NCBI GenBank assembly: GCA_024278135.1 | Contig: JAJRTU010000113.1 | Location: forward strand, 1-58,161 | Reading direction: 5' to 3' | Length of the DNA: 58,161 bases | Source of the DNA: Gammaproteobacteria bacterium | GTDB taxonomy: Bacteria; Pseudomonadota; Gammaproteobacteria; Eutrophobiales; Eutrophobiaceae | Shown: positions 39,815 to 48,774 of the stretch, in pieces | Layout of the letters: every line of letters begins with the position of its first letter | How positions within the stretch are numbered: the stretch's first letter is position 1 | The notes under the pieces: model-generated | The model's input: the letters and a program-made list of their open reading frames with translations, nothing else | Databases searched by the model: none | What the model was told of the DNA's origin: nothing | Made by a program: the position numbers and the translations under genes

Positions 39815-40913
39815 GGCCATTGATGTCAGTCTGCAGCAGAATTCACCCATCCCCCTGGATGTGAACTTCTCCTGCAATACCGGTGAAATACTGGTCATAC
39901 TCGGGCCCTCCGGCAGTGGCAAAACCACCATTCTCAGAAGCATTGCCGGTTTATATACGCCCCGGACAGGAAGGATTCGAAGCAACGGTGAAATCTGGTT
40001 TGACTCGGCACATGGCAGGAAACTGGCGATACAGCAACGTCGAACCGGCATGGTGTTTCAACACTATGCCCTGTTTCCACATTTGAGCGCATTAAAAAAT
40101 ATTACCGCTGCACTGTCTCATCTTGACAAAGCAAAACGGATGGCAAGGGCTGAAGAATTACTGGCACGGGTAAATATGCAGGGTCTGGGATCACGCTACC
40201 CGCATCAGTTGTCAGGCGGGCAGCAGCAACGTATTGCCCTGGCACGGGCATTGGCACGGGATCCGAAAGTCCTGCTGCTGGATGAACCCTTCTCTGCCGT
40301 TGATCAACAAACACGCCGCAAACTGGTGCGCGAACTGGTACAACTGCGCAGCCGCCTTGCGATCCCGATTATACATGTGACGCATGATCTGAATGAGGCC
40401 AGACGCATTGCCAACAGAATATGTATTATCCACCACGGCAAAACCTTGCAGATTGATACGCCCAAAAACATCATGTCGCAACCGCTGAACAGAAATGTGG
40501 CCTTTCTGGTGGGGCACTACAATGTCTTCAGCGCCACCATCGAAAAACATGATAATGAAAACAGAAAAACCTATATAAAATGGTTCAACCACATGCTGGA
40601 AACTCCCTACCGACCCGAACTGGACGCCGGCATGGAGATTGACTGGGTGATACCGGCTGAAAACCTGATTCTACATCGTCGTGACCGGCCCTCCAAAGGC
40701 GAAAAAGAAAATCCCGTCAGTGGTGATATAGAGGAATTCATTCCATTGGGCGAAACCTCTTCCGTTACCATAAAAGCACACGGGACTGAGCAGTTATTGA
40801 CCATGAGTGTGTCCAGTCATGTGGCCCGGCGCAACGGACTGGGGAAAGGAGGTATCCTGTCCCTGTCCCTGCTCAGTAAGGGAATCCACCTGATGGCACG
40901 ACAGGTAGTGTAA
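39804..40913 (+). CDS. modC: Molybdate ABC transporter ATPase with TOBE-like C-terminus
   Basis: GPSGSGKT, LSGGQQQR, LLLDEPF, VTHD. Start at ATG 39804. Confidence 0.88.
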   Translation: MSDKAIDVSLQQNSPIPLDVNFSCNTGEILVILGPSGSGKTTILRSIAGLYTPRTGRIRSNGEIWFDSAHGRKLAIQQRRTGMVFQHYALFPHLSALKNITAALSHLDKAKRMARAEELLARVNMQGLGSRYPHQLSGGQQQRIALARALARDPKVLLLDEPFSAVDQQTRRKLVRELVQLRSRLAIPIIHVTHDLNEARRIANRICIIHHGKTLQIDTPKNIMSQPLNRNVAFLVGHYNVFSATIEKHDNENRKTYIKWFNHMLETPYRPELDAGMEIDWVIPAENLILHRRDRPSKGEKENPVSGDIEEFIPLGETSSVTIKAHGTEQLLTMSVSSHVARRNGLGKGGILSLSLLSKGIHLMARQVV

Positions 40914-40920
40914 TCCCTGG

Positions 40921-40967
40921 TTTTCCTTTATCTGCCATCGTGGATGGCGGCCATAAGGTAAAGAAAA
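40921..40967. terminator. Possible bidirectional terminator between convergent modC and apcE
   Basis: GCCATC-GTG-GATGGC hairpin (40934-40948) flanked by TTTTCCTTTA and TAAAGAAAA. Confidence 0.35.
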
Positions 40968-40977
40968 TATGTGCTCG

Positions 40978-41880
40978 TCAGACCTGGTACAGCTGGCCGC
41001 GAATACGCCGACAGGCAGCATGCAACTCCGGAATGTCACTGGCGGGAGGGAGTTCACCCGCTGTCGTCACCAAACACGGCTGAGTACCTGACACGTCCCA
41101 GTCATCCGGTGTTACCGACAGAATTTGTCCCCCCAGGCGCTTGTCGTTCATGACAGGGTTTGAGCAGATGAGCAGATTCCCGGGGGCCAGACCGGAAAAG
41201 GCCTGCACCTGTTCATAGCTCATCTCTGTCGGCAATAACACCGGCAGAGCGTTATAGAAGCGAGTCACATTGACAGCCGGCAACAATGCTGCCGCCCATT
41301 CTTCATATTCCAGCGCTGTGACTTTCTCTTCGACGATGATGATATCGGCACCCGCTTCACCAAAAACACGAACAGCCTCACTCACTATTCTGCCACATTG
41401 TTCCAAATTTACCGCTTCACCCATTTGTGCCGCCAGCGTTGCCGGTCCTGTCACCAGCAACGCAAACAGGACATCATCTGTGACAGTTGTACCCAGACGT
41501 TTCAACACCTCAACACCTGTCCTGATTCTGACATGCGCCCGCAGTTGATCTGCAATATTTTCAGGAATCGCCTGACCGGGTTTGGCCCTGATCTTCGGCG
41601 GGTAGCAAGCCCAGTCCAGTTGCGCGCCAAGCGCCTCTGCCATCGCGCCAGCATCGACAAAACAAAGCATCGCATCGAGATCCAGAGATTGCTGCAGCGC
41701 TGTCAGACATTTTGACAACTTCGTTGCATCACTGAGAAACTCCCGTACTTCAAGGCCTTCAATTTGTGCCGCCACCGTGTGGACTATTGGCATCAGCAGT
41801 GCGTGAGAGGGAGACTCACCACGCTTGACCAGTCTGCGACAACGTCGCCGCGGACTCTCTCGTTTTGACGAAGCACTCAT
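40978..41880 (-). CDS. apcE: Probable acetophenone carboxylase epsilon subunit (URO-D-like fold)
   Basis: 300 aa, fifth gene of the apc-like operon; AEALGA and TGPATLA resemble the URO-D/MtaA family. The assignment is largely positional. Confidence 0.65.
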   Translation of the reverse strand: MSASSKRESPRRRCRRLVKRGESPSHALLMPIVHTVAAQIEGLEVREFLSDATKLSKCLTALQQSLDLDAMLCFVDAGAMAEALGAQLDWACYPPKIRAKPGQAIPENIADQLRAHVRIRTGVEVLKRLGTTVTDDVLFALLVTGPATLAAQMGEAVNLEQCGRIVSEAVRVFGEAGADIIIVEEKVTALEYEEWAAALLPAVNVTRFYNALPVLLPTEMSYEQVQAFSGLAPGNLLICSNPVMNDKRLGGQILSVTPDDWDVSGTQPCLVTTAGELPPASDIPELHAACRRIRGQLYQV

Positions 41881-41896
41881 TCCCCTGTCTGCCGTG

Positions 41897-43957
41897 TCAG
41901 GGGCGCATCAGAGGTACTGTCATTTCGGCATCGGGCCAGCTGCCGTAGTGCTTGAGTATGGCCTCCGGTGGCCTTTTTTTCAGCCACGCGGTTTCAAACT
42001 CATCATAAGGTTTGCCACGGGCAAGTCGATCAGCACAGGTGGCTGAGCGAAGTTCATCCGTTGCCTCAGCATCCACCAGCTCAGTCCCGGCATCAATTAC
42101 CACACGATAGATGTTACGGGCGACCGCCGGGGAAATGGTGCCTTTGTCGATATCGCTGAGTACCGCCTGCGGATCGCGTTCAATCGGATCACCATAGCCG
42201 GTGCCACCGGTTGAGAAGGCAAAGGTAATGATGTCGCCGCACTCATAGGACCGTACACTGCGACCCTGAAATTCAGCGATAAACTCACCCTGAATAGTCT
42301 GATTTTCCAGAATGTCCTGGGTATCCAGACTCAGATTTTCAGCACCCTCGGCCAGCTTGTTCATGATGTCCGGTTTGCGCACACTGATCCCGGGGATGGT
42401 ACAGGGTGCATAGCCTCCGAACAGCGGCTGCGGTGTCTGAATCTTGCTGTTATCCGCAATGGCCATCATGTAGATCTCGGGTACGTGATGCGCCACCCAT
42501 AACTGTGAAGTCCCGACACCGCCACGCAACTTGCCGTGTCCACATGAGTCCTTCCAGTGTTGTGACAGCGGCACCAGTAAGGGAAACTCGTTTTCCACCA
42601 GTTCAACATCCGGCGCCCGCCCGAATACACACCACGGAAAACCGAACGCATCCATACCGTCCATTGTCGGTCGGGCACCCTGACCTTCGGTATTAATGGA
42701 ATAGGCGAGCATATCGGCAAAGGGCATGTCCCACTGCGACAGTCCGGCCAGTACCAGTGCGTTGCCGCCATTTCCCTGCGAGGCACCGGTTTGCTGCCAT
42801 TGCCCCGTGGCAAACATGGCCTTGCCGACACAATTGTGCACGGCACTCATGACACCCGTGGAGATCATCACCGAGTTACTGGTGGCGGCACGCACATCAG
42901 GCGACAAACAGGTATTAGGAGGAAACAGAAAATCGATCCGGGCAAAAGTACCGTTGCTGATGGGAAAATCGTGGAACAGATATTCGTAGATATAATTTGA
43001 AAAGTGACCGATGGCCGCCTGTGGATGTGCATTGTAGGAGGATGCCGTTTCGGGTCCGGTACCGGTAAAATCAACCAGTAAATGATCGTTATCTTTCTCA
43101 ATCGTCATGTAACAGGAACGGATCAGGCCCTGTTCCAGGCCGACAGCATCGGCAAAGGTGACACAACGATATTTACCATCCGGCCACAGCTGAATACGTT
43201 TGCCCGCTCCCTGTTCTGCGGTGATCAGCATCTTGCGAAACAGGCCCTTGATATAATCTGCGCCTTCACGTTCTGCCAGCTCAACCAGACGCCGGCGTAC
43301 CCGATCTGCCGTGGTACAACGGGCCTTCAGATCCACCGTGATCATCTGCGGGGCACGAATACCAAAGGCCGCAAACATTTCTTCTATGTCCGCACGCAGT
43401 TCGAAGTTCTCGCCAATCTTGATCGGCGGCAGGTTCATACCCTCTTCAAAACGTGATTTGGCCGACACCGGCATGCCCCCCGGTTCGGTCGAGCCGGTTT
43501 CGGTCGTGTGTACCAGTGCAACCGTCCAGGCAATGAGTTCACCCTCATGGAAGACCGGCATCGCCACCATCTGGTCCGGGTTGTGAATACCGCCATACAC
43601 GGCATCGTTGCAAAACCACAGATCGCCGTCCCGGATTCCCGGGTTCCCGGCGTAGGTCTGCATGATATATTTGATGATCATCGGCGGAATCACCGCATGC
43701 AGATAGGTACCACAGGAACCGTTCACCATATCACCTGCCGCGGTCATGATCCCCACCAGGGAGTCACCCGCCACCCCCATGGCACTGCGGCAGGAACGCA
43801 CGAAGACCTCCATGCCTTCATCAAGAATATCATTGGTACGTTGAAAACCGATCTCATATTGTCCCAGCCCGATTTTCTCCACACAGGCCAGCTCCTCTGC
43901 CGTGGGTGGCACCGGTTTCAACCACTGCATCTTTTGTTCAATTGTAGGAATAGGCAT
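41897..43957 (-). CDS. apcD: Acetophenone carboxylase subunit (hydantoinase B/oxoprolinase family)
   Basis: MPIPTIEQK..WLKP, EIGFQRTNDILDEG, NDAVYGGIHNPDQ, LVHTTETG and FGFPWCVFGRAP match my recollection of the Aromatoleum ApcD sequence; 686 aa. Confidence 0.88.
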   Translation of the reverse strand: MPIPTIEQKMQWLKPVPPTAEELACVEKIGLGQYEIGFQRTNDILDEGMEVFVRSCRSAMGVAGDSLVGIMTAAGDMVNGSCGTYLHAVIPPMIIKYIMQTYAGNPGIRDGDLWFCNDAVYGGIHNPDQMVAMPVFHEGELIAWTVALVHTTETGSTEPGGMPVSAKSRFEEGMNLPPIKIGENFELRADIEEMFAAFGIRAPQMITVDLKARCTTADRVRRRLVELAEREGADYIKGLFRKMLITAEQGAGKRIQLWPDGKYRCVTFADAVGLEQGLIRSCYMTIEKDNDHLLVDFTGTGPETASSYNAHPQAAIGHFSNYIYEYLFHDFPISNGTFARIDFLFPPNTCLSPDVRAATSNSVMISTGVMSAVHNCVGKAMFATGQWQQTGASQGNGGNALVLAGLSQWDMPFADMLAYSINTEGQGARPTMDGMDAFGFPWCVFGRAPDVELVENEFPLLVPLSQHWKDSCGHGKLRGGVGTSQLWVAHHVPEIYMMAIADNSKIQTPQPLFGGYAPCTIPGISVRKPDIMNKLAEGAENLSLDTQDILENQTIQGEFIAEFQGRSVRSYECGDIITFAFSTGGTGYGDPIERDPQAVLSDIDKGTISPAVARNIYRVVIDAGTELVDAEATDELRSATCADRLARGKPYDEFETAWLKKRPPEAILKHYGSWPDAEMTVPLMRP

Positions 43958-43966
43958 GACTGTTAT

Positions 43967-46234
43967 TTACTCGTTCTCGTTTCCAATGGGGGAAATGGCG
44001 GTTTCATCTTCACTGCGAACACCGGCACGGACTGACACCATTCGACCTGGCTGTACCTGTGCCCCGGTATCTGTTGACGCACCTTCCAGCACACCCAGAC
44101 CATGACAGTCGATGCTAAAGGTCTGACCGGGGGCAACGACGACCGTTGTCAACTCCGCATCGATCACTGCAGGCCCGGTAACCATGTCCCCGGGCAGCAA
44201 TTTGCTGAAATCATAGACAGGCGTCTCGACGAAATTGCCGATTTCGGGCCAGTATGCAGAACGCGTCCCTGTTTGAGCAGCGCCGGCTTCACTATCTCGC
44301 ATCTCCAGTTCAGCCAGCTGATGCCTGGGGGTCGGCACACTCACCCGCAAAATAAAACTGTCGAGATACACCCCTCCCGGTTTGTTGACCACCAGTGGAC
44401 TGAAGGCCTCCGAGAATTCCAGTTCGAAGGCCTCGTAAACCGCCTGTGCATCCTTTTCGGAGTGAATATACAACAATGGCGAGGCCATACGTTTTACATT
44501 CACCTGACCGCCGTAAAGCATGTCCAGTTCCAGTGAGAATTCCGCCTGCTCAAGCGACAGCCCTTCCGAGAGAAGATCCTGTCTGGCACGCTCCACCAGC
44601 GATTCGACGACCTGGTTGAACAGAGTGTACTCGCTAGTCAGTGTTTCGGTGATCGCCTGCATGAACACCATGCGTCGTGATACTTCGTAGAGATGAACGA
44701 TGTCCATCACCGATGCACCCATGGCACAAAATACCGGCGAAGCCGGGAAAATAATGGCTTTGTCAATATCGCCTCTGAACCCGCTCACATGCGTCGGGCC
44801 GGCGCCACCAAAAGCAAACAAAACAAATTCCTCCGGCTTGTATCCGCGCAGGTGAACTTCCCGCTTGATGGCTGACGCCATATTTTGATCCACGACGTGG
44901 CGGATCAGGGCAGCCGCTTCCGCTACGCTGATACCGAGTGGGTCGGCAATACTGACCTTAATGGCCTGCTCAGCTTTCGCTTTATTCAAGGGCATTCGCC
45001 CGCCGAAATAATTTTCGGCACTGAGATAACCGAGTACCAGATCGGCATCGGTCACCGTCGGCTCGACACCCCCGAGGTCGTAGCATACCGGTCCCGGCAT
45101 GGAACCTGCACTCTGTGGTCCAACATCCAGACGCTTGCCCATCAGTGTATTCAATGAAGCAATGGAACCACCGCCTGCGCCGATGGAAATGGTCTGTATC
45201 ATGGTCACACCCACCATCCAGGTATCAATAACCGGTCGGAACTCATAGTTACGGACACTGGATTCAACCACCAGGCCGACATCGAAGCTGGTACCGCCCA
45301 TATCGCAGGCCACCACGTTACTGTAACCGAGCTGGGCAGCGAAATGTACCGCGCCCATCAGTCCGGCCACGGGCCCGCCATTAAAGGTTCGGCATGCCGT
45401 TGTCTTGAACAACTCGGCACTGCCGCCCGAGTTGTGGATCATCAGAAAACTGCCGCTGAACCCCTCGCCACGCACCCTGTCCCAGGTGGCCGACAGTTCT
45501 ATTTGCATGATTTGCTGCAGATAGGCATCCAGTACCGTGGTCATGGTGCGTTCGTATTCTCCTATCTTGGCCACCACCTCGCTGGATAACACCGCCGGCA
45601 GATAACCAATGTGATACTCCTTGTACTCATCACGGATAATTTCTTTGATCCGATGTTCGTGTTCCGGGTTGGCAAAAGACCAGAGCAGTGAAACCACGAT
45701 CACTCTGGCACCCTTATCCACCAGTTTTTGCAACTGGCGGCGAACATCGTTCTCATCCAGGGGGCGAATGACGGTACCGGTGGAATCAATCCTCTCCCTG
45801 ACACCCACGATCATGCTGCGCGAAATCAAAGGCGTAGGTTTGGATTGCACGGCAAGATTGCGTCGTTGTGCCACCCGCTTGCCATCCACCCATTGCGCAC
45901 CACGGCCGATTAGGATGGCATCTTCGTGGCCCTCGGTCGTCATCATGCCGATTCGCGGCCCCAGTCTCTGGATTAAGCGGTTCAGTGCCACCGTGGTGGA
46001 GTAACGAATGATTTTTATTTTTGGCAGTAATCCTGACACATCCAGATCCACCTCATCCGCCGCCTCCTCCACAGCATTCATGAAGCAAATGGATAAATCG
46101 TGTGGTGTGGTGGGTGACTTGACGATGCTACGCTCACCATCCAGCGTCATCACCAGATCACAAAAGGTACCGCCGATATCAACATCAATGGAATTGAGTG
46201 CCCGGATCTCTCCCCTGTCCATCTTACCCGCCAC
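43967..46234 (-). CDS. apcC: Acetophenone carboxylase subunit (hydantoinase A-type ATPase)
   Basis: DVDIGGTFCD, YSTTVALN, FNGGPVAG, DMGGTSFDV, SIGAGGGS, GPVCY, AFGGAGP. Confidence 0.85.
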   Translation of the reverse strand: MAGKMDRGEIRALNSIDVDIGGTFCDLVMTLDGERSIVKSPTTPHDLSICFMNAVEEAADEVDLDVSGLLPKIKIIRYSTTVALNRLIQRLGPRIGMMTTEGHEDAILIGRGAQWVDGKRVAQRRNLAVQSKPTPLISRSMIVGVRERIDSTGTVIRPLDENDVRRQLQKLVDKGARVIVVSLLWSFANPEHEHRIKEIIRDEYKEYHIGYLPAVLSSEVVAKIGEYERTMTTVLDAYLQQIMQIELSATWDRVRGEGFSGSFLMIHNSGGSAELFKTTACRTFNGGPVAGLMGAVHFAAQLGYSNVVACDMGGTSFDVGLVVESSVRNYEFRPVIDTWMVGVTMIQTISIGAGGGSIASLNTLMGKRLDVGPQSAGSMPGPVCYDLGGVEPTVTDADLVLGYLSAENYFGGRMPLNKAKAEQAIKVSIADPLGISVAEAAALIRHVVDQNMASAIKREVHLRGYKPEEFVLFAFGGAGPTHVSGFRGDIDKAIIFPASPVFCAMGASVMDIVHLYEVSRRMVFMQAITETLTSEYTLFNQVVESLVERARQDLLSEGLSLEQAEFSLELDMLYGGQVNVKRMASPLLYIHSEKDAQAVYEAFELEFSEAFSPLVVNKPGGVYLDSFILRVSVPTPRHQLAELEMRDSEAGAAQTGTRSAYWPEIGNFVETPVYDFSKLLPGDMVTGPAVIDAELTTVVVAPGQTFSIDCHGLGVLEGASTDTGAQVQPGRMVSVRAGVRSEDETAISPIGNENE

Positions 46235-46610
46235 CTTCTTCGGCCAGATACAAATGACCCTGTCGGATGATCAGTTCACCCTTGTTCACGCGCGCTTTCA
46301 GCCTGGCGACATCCACTTCAATATCATGGGTGATGGGATGGCCGGGAGGCAGATACTCCGTCTCTATCTGACGCCCGCATTTCGGGCAGTAAAATTCAAG
46401 TATACGCACCCACTCGGGATCGGGAGAAAAAGTATATTCTCCTTCTATTACCGGCTGATGTATCTCGGCGGGATCACGCTCGTAAACCAGGCAACCACGT
46501 TTGTAATTTTCATGGGCCGAAATCAGTTTGTGCCCGCATTGAAAACAATACCAGCATTCATCATCAAGGTTCAGTTGCAGATACTCGGTAAATTGTATTC
46601 TGTCCATCAT
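46224..46610 (-). CDS. apcB: Acetophenone carboxylase small subunit (acetone carboxylase gamma-like, Zn ribbon)
   Basis: WYCFQCG and EFYCPKCG, ETEYLPPGHP; 128 aa. Confidence 0.87.
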   Translation of the reverse strand: MMDRIQFTEYLQLNLDDECWYCFQCGHKLISAHENYKRGCLVYERDPAEIHQPVIEGEYTFSPDPEWVRILEFYCPKCGRQIETEYLPPGHPITHDIEVDVARLKARVNKGELIIRQGHLYLAEEGGG

Positions 46611-46623
46611 TAGCTCTCACATC

Positions 46624-48579
46624 TCAGTGCGATAACAAACCGTTACCGTATTCATCCACTCTCATTTGCCAGCCCTCAGTCACCATGCACGTCAGGTTGT
46701 CACCCGATACAATGGCCGGGCCGATAACCACATTGTTTGCCCGGAGTTTTGTATAATCGTAAATCGGCACTCTGCTGGCAGTTTCATCGAAGAACACCTG
46801 ACGATGATCCATCACGGCATGGTCGGCGTTCGCCTCCCCCTGTTCCAGCAACAGAGGTTCGTAGCTGCTCAGTTTACTTTCAGCCCGTAATCGAAGGATG
46901 CCGCTGCTGATATCGGACAGATCGCTGCCCGACTGTACAGGAACAGGTTCGCCCTCTTCCGGTTCCACTTCAGCATGAAACGTCGCCTCATCCACCTGGA
47001 AGCCCTCAGCTTCCAGATCACGACAGGCCCGCGCGCGTAATGAATCCAGAATCTCTCCGAAGGCAGCGGCAGTATTGGAGTCATTGGCCACAATCCTGTG
47101 CTCGTAGACGTGGGCCACATCGGAGATCGCTGTACCAAAGGCACTGAAGATGGGTCCCAGCGAGAATGAAATATGGACGCGCCGGATATTCAGAATATCC
47201 GCCACCAGCGTCGCCAATAAGGGTCCGTTACCGCCGTAGGCGAACATTTGCAGTGCTTCCAAATCCAGCTTCGCTTCTGCGGCCGTCTTTTTAATCAGCG
47301 TACCAATCAGAACAGCAGTACAGTCACGGGCGAGCAATGCTGCTTTTTCGACACTTAATCCCAGCGGCTCGGCAACATGTCGTGTCATCGCCTCCCGGGC
47401 ACGTTCTGCATCCAGTTTCCGTTGGCCGCCCTGAAAACCTTCAGGATCGATATAAGCCAGTGTGACAAAGCAATCTGTCACTGTTGCTTCGTTCCCCCCC
47501 AGTGCGTAACAGGCCGGCCCGGGAGAGGCACCCATACTTCCCGGACCCACCTGTACTCTCATGGAGGCTTCCGGATCAGACTTGACGATGCTGCCGCCGC
47601 CAATCGCAATGGAACGTAACAACTGCATTGGGGTGGCCAGCGGGATACCGAACAGCTCGCCGTTTTTCTGTTGTACCGGTTTACCCTCACGCACCAGACT
47701 GCATTTTGCCGTTGTACCACCCACGTCCAGACATAACATATTGTCGAAACCGTATTCACGGGCGAAATAGGCACCGGCATACGTGCCGAATATCGGCCCG
47801 GATTCAATCGTGTCAACCGCCTTGGTCTTGCCGATCCGTGCCATACCACCGTTGGTGTGTCCTGCCAGCAGCAGGCCTTTCCAGCCCAGCTCATATTTCA
47901 GGCGGTCTTACGCCTTGAACAGTGATGAGGCCAGTGCCGGATGCACATATGCGTTGATCAGGGCGCAGTGGGTGCGCGTCATATCATCCTCTGTTTGTGC
48001 CATTTCATGACCCAGCAGCACGGGCACCGAACCCATATAATGATCAGGATACTGTTTATGTATGATTTGCTTGATCCGGTTTTCCTGCCCGGGGTCGGTA
48101 AATGAGCCTGCAAAACTTACACAAATCCGACGTACGCCCGCCTCCAGCAATTGGCGGGCAACACCAGGCACGCTCTGATCTGCATCATCACCCGCTGTCA
48201 GTCCAATCACGTTATTCGGATCAATGATCCGGTCCAGAACCGGAGAACGACCTGCACCGTACAGATTTTCTTCTGCGCCGGCGTCGACTAACAGGCCAAG
48301 CGAAGGTCCGCGTTGTTCTGCCAGCGCATTGGAGGTAACGGTCGAAGACCAGCGGATCACATAGACATCAGTCAGAAACGCAGTGACATTTTCATAATTC
48401 AACAGGCCGGCCGCCTGCTGTAACAGCGCCAGCATCGCTACAGTGAGATCGTGGGGAGTGGAGTCGACCTTGATGATCAGTGACATACCCTTACCCAGGA
48501 TCAAGCCGTCGGTCATGGTTCCGCCGGCGTCGATATTGACCGTGTACTTCCCCTCGCCGACAGTATTGCTTGTATGCAT
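46624..48579 (-). pseudogene. apcA: Acetophenone carboxylase subunit (hydantoinase A-type) interrupted by an in-frame TAA at 47908-47910
   Basis: Both track ORFs are in frame: ...ASSLFKA*DRLKYELGWKGLLLAGHTNGGMARIG. Motifs IDAGGTMTD, ESGP, DVGGTT, GPACY and YGGNGP. Joined length is 651 codons from ATG 48579. Confidence 0.82.
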
Positions 48580-48613
48580 GCGCGTAATATAGCGCTTGAA
48601 TTTAATTCCCTCC

Positions 48614-48630
48614 CCTATCTTTCGATAGTG
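48614..48630. promoter_or_regulatory. Palindromic operator CTATC-N4-GATAG in the divergent apcA/TonB receptor promoter
   Basis: CCTATCTTTCGATAGTG, identical to 56770-56786. TATTCT lies 22 nt downstream on + (48651-48656) and TATATT 23 nt away on - (48591-48586). Confidence 0.75.
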
Positions 48631-48774
48631 CATATTCATTGATACGAACTTATTCTTTAGTCTCCAATTTAATGAGTGCGTTCACTGTTTACAGTGGTTC
48701 ACCGCTCTGGCGGAAAATTAACTAGCGGTTAAATATCATGTTTTGCGGTTTCTGATCATGGGGAGATTATTGAG

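Noticed and set aside
38367-40913. modABC as part of the apc pathway, since ethylbenzene dehydrogenase is a molybdoenzyme
   Set aside because: It is convergent, lacks the shared operator, and no molybdoenzyme gene is in the window; adjacency alone is weak evidence.
48683-48732. Extra palindromes CACTGT-TT-ACAGTG and TTAAC-N5-GTTAA in the receptor leader
   Set aside because: Short and single-copy; cannot be distinguished from chance.
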